Source: Caldimicrobium thiodismutans (GTDB taxonomy: Bacteria; Desulfobacterota; Thermodesulfobacteria; Thermodesulfobacteriales; Thermodesulfobacteriaceae). Taken from it: DNA of 32,000 nt. The DNA lies in NCBI RefSeq assembly GCF_001548275.1, contig NZ_AP014945.1, positions 990,001 through 1,022,000 on the forward strand, given 5' to 3'. Both the position numbers and the translations under genes were made by a program. Under the pieces are notes generated by a model. That model was given only the letters and a program-made list of their open reading frames with translations, was not told the origin of the DNA and made no database searches. Position 1 is the stretch's first letter, and each line of letters opens with the position of its first letter. This document shows positions 20,601 through 28,036 of the stretch, one piece after another.

Positions 20601-20624
20601 GAAAAAAGCCCCTGTAAGGGGCTT
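20601..20624 (-). terminator. Rho-independent terminator after the rhodanese gene
   Basis: Minus strand: AAGCCCCU-UAC-AGGGGCUU followed directly by UUUUUU. It lies 15 nt after the stop codon at 20640. Confidence 0.7.
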
Positions 20625-20639
20625 TAAAGCTTTCTAAAA

Positions 20640-21110
20640 TTAATGCACAAACATATAAGCAGCTCTTCCAACTTCTTTGGCAAGTTCAGCTACACCACCA
20701 TCAAAGGCATAGGCATTCATGAATCCAAGAGCTCTTAAAGCCAAGGTTACTGCAATAGATCTTGGCCCTGTATGACAGATAACCACGATTTTTTTATCCT
20801 TAGGGAGTTTATTCAGATTTTCCTCCTTAAAGACCTCGTGCATGGGGATATCAAATCTGTCCTTCCAGGTAATTCCAACTATTGCCATTTCCTCAGGTGA
20901 TCTCACATCAAGAATTACAAAGGGTTCTTTGTTTTTAATCATCTCAAGAAGCTGTTTAGCATTGACCATACAGGGCTTTTTGGCAATCACCTCAGGGGTC
21001 ATCTGAGAAAACATCATGTTAAATCTTTTGGCAAGCTCTTTATCATAGGCAAAAAGCATCTCTGAGAGAGTAAACACAAACAAGCCCATTAAAATCAATA
21101 CCCTCTTCAT
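20640..21110 (-). CDS. Secreted single-domain rhodanese (sulfurtransferase)
   Basis: About 156 aa. Signal peptide MKRVLILMGLFVFTLSEMLFA. Rhodanese fold with active-site loop CHTGPRS. SD AGGAGGTG lies before ATG 21110. Confidence 0.85.
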   Translation of the reverse strand: MKRVLILMGLFVFTLSEMLFAYDKELAKRFNMMFSQMTPEVIAKKPCMVNAKQLLEMIKNKEPFVILDVRSPEEMAIVGITWKDRFDIPMHEVFKEENLNKLPKDKKIVVICHTGPRSIAVTLALRALGFMNAYAFDGGVAELAKEVGRAAYMFVH

Positions 21111-21233
21111 AACCACACCTCCTGCATTAATTTTTTTTTGATTAAAATTAATGAAACTTTTTACACAAGCAAGAATTTGTTTAAATTTTCACATAAAGTT
21201 ATAAGATTTTATATTGATTTTAAAAATTAATTT

Positions 21234-22715
21234 TTATTTAGCGCTCACTTTTAAATCTGTAATAAGCACATAATTTCCCTGTCCAAGGTCTGCTCCAAAC
21301 ATCTTCACTACAATTTTTCCTGGTAAGTTCTTTAGCGCAACAGTATCAATTTGGGTAGTAAGAACTCTTACACCATTAATAAAGACATGGGCTAACTCTC
21401 CTTCCTTTTTAAGGAAGACCTTTATTTTTTGACCCTTAAGAAACTCAGGGAGCCCTGTTTCATTAGGAATAGGAGTATCTTTTCCCCATTTCCATTCCTT
21501 TACTTCTCTTGGCAAATACAGAGATACAGGACTTCCCTCTTTCCCGATAAAGATCTGAATTCCTTCTTGAGCATATTTCATCTCCTGGGAATAAAAAAGG
21601 GTGCCTTCAAAAGTAAAATCTTTGGAAATATCAAAGTTAGGAATAGCCTTTTCAAAAAGGAGTTCTCCTTTAGTTGTGGCAAACCATCTTAAGTCATCAA
21701 GACTAACACACTCTCCCTGCCCCTTGAGAATTTTTACAGTGGTTGGGATAACCTTACACTTTGAAAAATTTTCCTGCCAGATTACCTTGGCATAAGGGGC
21801 TGCAGAAACCTCTGCCCTTACAAGCCCGCCTGTAAAAGATGTTTCCCTCTTAAGCTTAGAGTTTTCTTGAGGTTTTATCCTCCCCTTTTCTGGCATTCGG
21901 GTTTCCTCTTTAATAATTTCCCCCTTTTCACTATAAGTAGTGATTTTTTCTCCAATAGAGACATCTGAAGGAGCTTGAGACTTTACGGATTCCACAATAA
22001 GGGTTACGGCCCGGGCAATTAGATCCCGGGTTGCCTCTTCAAGGGGAGTATTTTTTACTGCTTCAAAATAGGCTCCTCCAAAAGTGGTTCCAAAAAGACC
22101 TCCTGCTGCAACTCCCACATTCCATCTCTCTGATTTCCCTTCCACAGTCTTGGCGGAGAGAACTTCTCCGGTTTTCACTCTAACTATTCTCATATCAAGG
22201 GCAATATGGGCATTGCTTTTACCTAATTTTGCTCCAAGCCCAAAGGGTAGAGGGACTACTATACCTCCTCCACCAAGCCCACTTGCTTTCAGCTCAAGGG
22301 CTGTTACTGCTCCTACAATGAGAAAATCAGCTGTTTTCAGAGTGCTCTGAGGTTTCACTCCCATAAGCTCAAGCTCTTCCTTTATTTCTTCAAGGGCAAT
22401 TCTTTCAACCACCTTGAAACAGTTGGTATTAGCAAGGGCAGTGATCAACATATCTGCAAGGCCATCTCCCAGAGCCTTTGTTGAAAGTTCAATCCCCCAG
22501 CCAGGGCCAAAATAAATTCTATCTCCTTGACAGGCAGCAGCCTTGCACCTGAAACTCTTTGCTGTAATCACTCCAATAGGTTTTGAACACTGAGGAAGCC
22601 TGAGCACCCTCTCTTTCACATCCTTGGCATACTCTTCATTTTGAGCCAAAGAAAAACCTGAAAATATCAAAATAAAAAAAACTACCCAAACAATAAGTCT
22701 TTTTATACTCTCCAT
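21234..22715 (-). CDS. CsgG/HfaB-family outer-membrane secretion-channel-like protein with an extra C-terminal beta-sandwich-like domain
   Basis: Start at ATG 22715 (SD GGGAGGTG). Signal peptide ends FSGFSLA-QN, with no lipobox Cys. Residues ~60-260 follow the CsgG pattern (LGDGLADMLITALANTNCFKVVERIALEEIKEE, ADFLIVGAVTALE, HIALDMRIVRVKTGEVLSA). The C-terminal ~190 aa look all-beta (ending HVFINGVRV...GKIVVKMFGADLGQGNYVLITDLKV). Confidence 0.75.
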   Translation of the reverse strand: MESIKRLIVWVVFFILIFSGFSLAQNEEYAKDVKERVLRLPQCSKPIGVITAKSFRCKAAACQGDRIYFGPGWGIELSTKALGDGLADMLITALANTNCFKVVERIALEEIKEELELMGVKPQSTLKTADFLIVGAVTALELKASGLGGGGIVVPLPFGLGAKLGKSNAHIALDMRIVRVKTGEVLSAKTVEGKSERWNVGVAAGGLFGTTFGGAYFEAVKNTPLEEATRDLIARAVTLIVESVKSQAPSDVSIGEKITTYSEKGEIIKEETRMPEKGRIKPQENSKLKRETSFTGGLVRAEVSAAPYAKVIWQENFSKCKVIPTTVKILKGQGECVSLDDLRWFATTKGELLFEKAIPNFDISKDFTFEGTLFYSQEMKYAQEGIQIFIGKEGSPVSLYLPREVKEWKWGKDTPIPNETGLPEFLKGQKIKVFLKKEGELAHVFINGVRVLTTQIDTVALKNLPGKIVVKMFGADLGQGNYVLITDLKVSAK

Positions 22716-22730
22716 CTTAACACCTCCCAA

Positions 22731-22838
22731 TGTATGCGTCCATATCTTTTGAGGCACTATAGGATTTTTTCTACTATTTCTCGCCTCTCACCTTTTACCA
22801 CCCTTCCTTTTTCTTGTAAGGATCTGAACTTATGCAGC
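22731..22838 (-). repeat. Intergenic repeat family, copy 3 (minimal unit)
   Basis: TGTATGCGTCCATATCTTTT ... CTCTCACCTTTTACCACCCTTCCTTTTTCTTGTAAGGATCTGAACTTATGCAGC. It fills almost the entire gap between the GGDEF-EAL stop (22843) and the SD of the CsgG-like gene. Confidence 0.8.
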
Positions 22839-22842
22839 TTTT

Positions 22843-25254
22843 TTAAAGATATTTATTTAAAAATTTCTTTATTTCTTCTAAGGAAAGAGGCGGGCTAAAA
22901 TAATAGCCCTGGGAATAGTCAATACCAAATTCACAGACCTTTTGATAGATAACCTCATCCGCCACAAATTCAGCCACTGTCTTAATGCCAGCCTCTTTGG
23001 CAAATCTTACCAGTGCCTTTACCAAAAGCTGAACCTTTTCATCTTCCGGTAATCTTTTAATCAAGGAAGCATCAATCTTAATATAATCTACTCCTAAATC
23101 TATGAGTCTCTGAAGGCTGGAATAACCGCTTCCAAAGTCATCTATCGCAAGCTTTATGCCCCTTGCTTTTATTTCCTTAAGCTTTGAAAAGACAAGTTGG
23201 GGATTTCCAATCTCTTCAGTTTCAAGAAATTCAAAGACAAGAGCAGGTTTTTCCCTTCGCAAAAGAATATCTTCTATAAATTGTAGGGATTCCTCTTGCA
23301 AAAAGTCATTATAAGAGAGATTTACAGAGATCTCATAGGGCAAAAAGAGAAAATCATCAAGGGCCTTCTGAAGAACGGTCTTTGTAATTTTTGGTCCATA
23401 GCCTGCCTTTTGAGCAAGAGTTAAAAATTTAAAAGGGCTTACGATCTCTCCATTCTCATCAATGAGTCTCACCAAGGCCTCAAATTTGACAGGTCTTTTG
23501 GTCTGATTATCTATAATAGGCTGATAAAAGGGAACAATTCTTCCTTCACTAAGAGCCTTTCTGAATTTGTCAAGCCAGTGAAGATTCTCTTCATGAATCT
23601 TTTTAAATCTTTCTCCGGGATTAAATTCACAGTAAAAATTTTCTCCTCTTGCCTTGGTCTCATCAAGGAGAGAATAGGCATCGGTAAGTATTTTATCAGG
23701 CTCTGTGATTTCACAGAGAGCACAAACAGTAAAATTAAGAGAAAGTCTTTCATGATCTATAGAAAAGGGAGTTTTCGTTAAGACCTCTATTTTTCCTTGA
23801 AGCTCCTTCTTTATTTCTTCTTCTTTTTTTTCTTCATGGGCTTCTAAAATTAGAGCAAACTCATCTGCACCTACTCTATAAACTTCACCATGAAAAACCT
23901 CCTTCAATCTCTGGTAAACCTCTTTTAATAAAATATCCCCTGCTTTAGTTCCATATACAAAATTAATACTTTTAAAGGAGTTAATATCCACTAAAACTAA
24001 AATAGGATTGGAAAAAGCCTTCAAATCATAAAGAAGCTTTTCCCTATTTGGGGCACCTGTTACATAATCGTGCCAAAGCATAAATTCAATCTCTTTTATT
24101 CTTTTTTCAAGTTCTGAAAGAGAAAAATTTAGGACACTCACAAACTCTGCAATCTCATCCCTTCCTTCAAGGGAAACTCTCATGGAAAGATCCCCCTCTG
24201 CGATTCTTTTAACTCCTTCAGATACCTTTCTAAGCCTCAAGACCACATATCTATAGGCCATATAGAAACTTAAGGAGATTACTATAAGCACCAAAGTTAT
24301 ACCGGAGATTAAAAAACCAAGCCTTTTAAAAAGACCTTCTTTTTGCGCTTTTATCATCTCAAGGTATTTCCTTAAGAGGGCTTCGTGAAAATCAATAAAT
24401 GCGTCAATGGTAATGGTAGCAAACCTGAAGAATTCAAGACCAGTCATCTCTTTGGTCCTAAAATCTTGAGCCAAATATTTTCTTAAAGTAATTCTATAAA
24501 CCTCAAAGAGGTCTTGGGAATTTCTAAGTTTTAAAAGGGTATCCTCTGGAAGTTTTATGTTTTCAAGGATCCATTTAATGTTTTTATTGTATCCAGAAAG
24601 CACTTCATAATAATCAAGGAGCATTTCCTTCTCATGATTGGTTAGGCCCCCTTTGGCAAGGGCGGAACTAACAATAGCTCTTGTTCTTCCAAGATATTCA
24701 ATAAAGCGAGGTAACTCCATAAGAGAAACCTGAGCAAGGGTTCTCAAATAAAGATCAGGCTCTGCAAAAAGCTTGTGTTTTTCCGCATCCTGATTTAAAA
24801 ATAGAATCACCTGATTAATAAGCTCTGTATGTTTGAAAAAGTTTTCTTCAGCACTACCCTTAAATTTCTCAATTTTTAAAGCCTCATAGGTTTTCTTAAA
24901 TTTTTGAATAAGTTCTTTTCCATGCTGGACATCCAAAGAGAGTGTGGAAAGTTTCTTAAAAGTATCTTCAATCTCCCTTTCAATTTCCTTTAATGCCTTT
25001 AAAGTTTCTTCTTTTTCCTTATTTTCTGGAAGGGAAAGATAGAGATAGGAGAGGCCCCTGTGTCTTTGAAGGTTCCAGAGTAAAAGAGCCTCAATAAGCA
25101 AATGTTCCTCAGCTGAGATTTGGAGCCTTGCATTTTTAATTTCTGGATAAACGAAGTAGAAAGCCAGAAAGACACCAATAAGCCAGGGAATAAAGGCAAG
25201 AATCTGAAGATAAAAAAGAAGCTGTTTTAGGGTAAATCTTGTAAGTAAACCCAT
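22843..25254 (-). CDS. Membrane c-di-GMP signalling protein: NIT-like sensor - TM - HAMP - degenerate GGDEF (GADEF) - EAL
   Basis: 803 aa. The N-terminal TM segment is followed by a helical sensor with NIT-like LWNLQRHRGLSYLYL. A second TM follows. HAMP region (IAEGDLSMRVSLEGRDEIAEF). GGDEF domain with the signature replaced by RVGADEFALIL. EAL domain with YQPII, FEALVRL, DDFGSGYSSL, YIKID, QGYYFSPP. Confidence 0.85.
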   Translation of the reverse strand: MGLLTRFTLKQLLFYLQILAFIPWLIGVFLAFYFVYPEIKNARLQISAEEHLLIEALLLWNLQRHRGLSYLYLSLPENKEKEETLKALKEIEREIEDTFKKLSTLSLDVQHGKELIQKFKKTYEALKIEKFKGSAEENFFKHTELINQVILFLNQDAEKHKLFAEPDLYLRTLAQVSLMELPRFIEYLGRTRAIVSSALAKGGLTNHEKEMLLDYYEVLSGYNKNIKWILENIKLPEDTLLKLRNSQDLFEVYRITLRKYLAQDFRTKEMTGLEFFRFATITIDAFIDFHEALLRKYLEMIKAQKEGLFKRLGFLISGITLVLIVISLSFYMAYRYVVLRLRKVSEGVKRIAEGDLSMRVSLEGRDEIAEFVSVLNFSLSELEKRIKEIEFMLWHDYVTGAPNREKLLYDLKAFSNPILVLVDINSFKSINFVYGTKAGDILLKEVYQRLKEVFHGEVYRVGADEFALILEAHEEKKEEEIKKELQGKIEVLTKTPFSIDHERLSLNFTVCALCEITEPDKILTDAYSLLDETKARGENFYCEFNPGERFKKIHEENLHWLDKFRKALSEGRIVPFYQPIIDNQTKRPVKFEALVRLIDENGEIVSPFKFLTLAQKAGYGPKITKTVLQKALDDFLFLPYEISVNLSYNDFLQEESLQFIEDILLRREKPALVFEFLETEEIGNPQLVFSKLKEIKARGIKLAIDDFGSGYSSLQRLIDLGVDYIKIDASLIKRLPEDEKVQLLVKALVRFAKEAGIKTVAEFVADEVIYQKVCEFGIDYSQGYYFSPPLSLEEIKKFLNKYL

Positions 25255-25520
25255 TAATTAAAGATTACTTTCTTTTTTTAGAGTTTGCAACAAGAAAATT
25301 TTATGAAAATTCGCCCTTTAAATAAGCCGCATCTGATTATGTTTGCAATATGAGCTCTTTATACTCTCATCTTATTTTTTGAAAGGCCTTTTCTTGCCCT
25401 CTTTTTTAAAGACCCCAAGAAGTATGATATAAAAAAATCATGAAAAGATTTGAAGCTTTTCACTGGTTTATCCTAATTATAAGCCTTCTTGCTATATTTT
25501 TCGCTGTAATAGGCACTCAC

Positions 25521-26408
25521 TTAATCTGAACTACCCTTCTTCCTTTCAACTTCTGTTAAAAGCTTCCTTAATCTTTCTATATTAATAATATATTTTTCTT
25601 TACAGAATTCACAGGTAATCTCAACGGGTTTTCCCTCTCTAAGCATATCTTCAAGTTCTTCCTTTCCAAGGGCAACTAAGGCCTCCTCAACTCTATTCAT
25701 ACTGCAAGAACATTTAAATCTTACCTCTCTTTTTTCTAGAATTTCAATCTCCCCAAAGATCTCATGCAAAAGCTCTTCAATTTTAATCCCGGAGGAGAGA
25801 TAGTCCGTTACAGGCTTTATTTCAGAAAGACGCTTTTCAAGATGGGAAACTTCATGATCTTCTGCGGAAGGGAGTTTTTGTATTAAAAAACCTCCTGCGG
25901 TTATAACACTTCCATCGGTATCCACAAGAACCCCGAGGGCACAGGCAGAAGGAACCTGCTCTGAAGTGGTAAGATAATATGCCAGATCCTCTGCAATCTC
26001 TCCAGAGATAAGATCAGAAGAACTCTGATAAATCTCCTTGAGGCCATAATCTCTTATCACATTTATAAAACCCTCTTTTCCTACAGCCTTTCCCACAGGG
26101 AGTTTTTTATTTTCTGGAGGAAGATACACCTGGGGATTTTTCACAAGCCCTCTTAAGTTTCCCTGATAATCTGCTTCAGCAAGGATTTCTCCAAGGGGGC
26201 CACCTCCATTTATTTGAAGAAGAATCTTACCAATTTTTAGATCTGCTGAAAGAAGGGCAACCCCTGCTAAAGCTCTTCCAAGGGCAGCTACTGCAACCGG
26301 GGAAAGGCTCTGACGCCTTCTTGCCTCTTCCACTGTTTGAGGTAAAAAAACTCCAAAAGCACGAAAATTAAACTTTTTAGGTAGGATTCTTATCAGGTAA
26401 TCCACCAT
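25521..26408 (-). CDS. hslO: Redox-regulated chaperone Hsp33
   Basis: 295 aa. N-terminus MVDYLIRIL, ALGRAL, SEQVPSA. C-terminal zinc centre CSCS...CEFC. Confidence 0.92.
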   Translation of the reverse strand: MVDYLIRILPKKFNFRAFGVFLPQTVEEARRRQSLSPVAVAALGRALAGVALLSADLKIGKILLQINGGGPLGEILAEADYQGNLRGLVKNPQVYLPPENKKLPVGKAVGKEGFINVIRDYGLKEIYQSSSDLISGEIAEDLAYYLTTSEQVPSACALGVLVDTDGSVITAGGFLIQKLPSAEDHEVSHLEKRLSEIKPVTDYLSSGIKIEELLHEIFGEIEILEKREVRFKCSCSMNRVEEALVALGKEELEDMLREGKPVEITCEFCKEKYIINIERLRKLLTEVERKKGSSD

Positions 26409-27273
26409 ATTTCTCTACCAATTCCTTAAATTCCTGGCATATTTTAATTGGAGCCTTAGGATCAATTAAGTTGGCTGTTCCTATCTGGAAAGCCCTTGCT
26501 CCACAAAGAAAATACTCAAAGGCATCCTTTCCACTCAAAATCCCCCCTGAGGCTATAAGGGGAATTTTTACTATTTTTGAGAGCTCAAAAACAAGCCTTA
26601 AGGTTAGAGGTTTTATAGCTGGGCCTGAAAGCCCTCCTTTTATCACCTGAAAGGGTTCATAAGAGTAAACTCCAAGGGCTGGATAGGTATTGGCAACTGT
26701 TAAGGCATCTGAAAGGGCTTCTTCACAGGCCTTAGCTACCTCAAAAACAGGCCCAACAGGAGATAATTTTACAATTAAAAGTCCTTTAAATCTCTCCCTC
26801 ACCCCCTTTACAAGCTCAAAAACCACATCTGGCTTCTGAGAAAAAGCTATCCCTCCCTCCTTAACATTGGGACAGGAAATATTGAGTTCAATTCCCTCTG
26901 CTTCAATCTCAGAAAGAATTTCTGCCATTTCAAAAAATTCCTCCAAGCTCTTTCCATGAAGATTAAAAATTATGGGTGTTTGCAAGGCTTTAAGCTGGGG
27001 ATAATATTTTTTAAGAAAGACTTTAAGTCCTGGATTTTCAAGACCTATAGAATTTATAAGGCCACAGGGGGTTTCAAAAAGTCTTGGAGGAGGATTTCCC
27101 TCCATAGGCTCAAGAGAAAGCCCCTTGGTAATAAGAGCACCTACAGCCGATCTAATTTCTCCAGGATTTAGGTAATTTAAAAGGGTATCACCAAGTCCCC
27201 AAGTCCCAGAAGCAAGAAAAAAGGGAGTTTTAAATTGGTATTTACCTATGATGCAGAATCTTTCTCCTTTCAA
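26377..27273 (-). CDS. pyrD: Dihydroorotate dehydrogenase, class 1B catalytic subunit
   Basis: 298 aa. FFLASGTWG, INSIGLENPG, ELNISCPNV, IASGGI. It is paired with pyrK upstream through a 4-nt overlap. Confidence 0.92.
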   Translation of the reverse strand: MKGERFCIIGKYQFKTPFFLASGTWGLGDTLLNYLNPGEIRSAVGALITKGLSLEPMEGNPPPRLFETPCGLINSIGLENPGLKVFLKKYYPQLKALQTPIIFNLHGKSLEEFFEMAEILSEIEAEGIELNISCPNVKEGGIAFSQKPDVVFELVKGVRERFKGLLIVKLSPVGPVFEVAKACEEALSDALTVANTYPALGVYSYEPFQVIKGGLSGPAIKPLTLRLVFELSKIVKIPLIASGGILSGKDAFEYFLCGARAFQIGTANLIDPKAPIKICQEFKELVEKYGGLPDKNPT

Positions 27274-28034
27274 AGAATGACCTCCCAGGCTGACAAGGTT
27301 GGGCCATCCTCACAGAGATGAAAGTATCCACCATCTTTTTTCTTTATCACACAACCCTTGCAAAACCCTGTTCCACAGGCCATAAAGGTCTCAAGGGAAA
27401 GATAGGTCTTAATACCGTATTTTTCTGAAAGTTCCTTTACTACCTTTAACATGGGCATGGGGCCACAGGAAAGAATAGTTTTAATTTTTCCATCCCGCAT
27501 ATCCCTTTCAAGAAGATCTGTAACAAAGCCCTTCTCACCAAGGGTGCCATCTTCTGTGGTAAGTTTAATTTCAATCCCAAAAGCTTTAAAATAATCAAGC
27601 CTTACAAGATCTTGAGAGGTTTTTGCCCCATAGTAAAGAATGGTTTTTTTGCGAAGTTCTTCTTTCAATCTCTCAAGAAAAAAGCCAAACCCAGCAACTC
27701 CAACCCCACCAGCACAGAGGGCAAGGGGAAAATCCAGATCCTCAGGATAGGGCCTGCCAAGAGGTCCAAGAACAGAGATTTCTTCCCCTTGAGAAATCCT
27801 GCTTAAGGCAAGGGTTCCCCTCCCGACAACCTGATAAAGAATTTTCAAAGTGCCCTCCTCAAGGCTATGCACTGTAAAAGGTCTGGGAAAGAGAGGATCA
27901 TAACGCAAATCATGAAGCTTAATTTTTAAAAACTGGCCTGGCTTTATATCTAAAAGAGAACCCTTCTTAGGAAGTTCAAGAAGATAAATCCTCTCCGAAA
28001 GTCTTAGATTTCTAAGAACTTTTATTTTTTCCAT
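27270..28034 (-). CDS. pyrK: Dihydroorotate dehydrogenase electron-transfer subunit (FAD/[2Fe-2S])
   Basis: 254 aa. RPFTV FAD-binding motif, GGVGVA NAD motif. C-terminal cluster CGTGFCKGC...C. Confidence 0.9.
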   Translation of the reverse strand: MEKIKVLRNLRLSERIYLLELPKKGSLLDIKPGQFLKIKLHDLRYDPLFPRPFTVHSLEEGTLKILYQVVGRGTLALSRISQGEEISVLGPLGRPYPEDLDFPLALCAGGVGVAGFGFFLERLKEELRKKTILYYGAKTSQDLVRLDYFKAFGIEIKLTTEDGTLGEKGFVTDLLERDMRDGKIKTILSCGPMPMLKVVKELSEKYGIKTYLSLETFMACGTGFCKGCVIKKKDGGYFHLCEDGPTLSAWEVIL

Positions 28035-28036
28035 TT

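Noticed and set aside
22716-22745. Mini-uORF ATGGACGCATACATTGGGAGGTGTTAA (MDAYIGRC) at the 3' end of the repeat, overlapping the SD of the CsgG-like gene
   Set aside because: It is not conserved between copies. Copy 2 has CTG instead of ATG and a different stop, and copy 1 reads into rnpB. The conservation is therefore at the nucleotide or RNA level, not the peptide level.
22731-22760. Resemblance of GGACGCA in the repeat terminus to the c-di-GMP-I (GEMM) riboswitch core GGGACGCAAAGCC
   Set aside because: Only about 7 nt match. None of the other GEMM helices or the tetraloop/receptor elements are present. The same terminus occurs upstream of rnpB and ino1, where such a riboswitch makes no sense.
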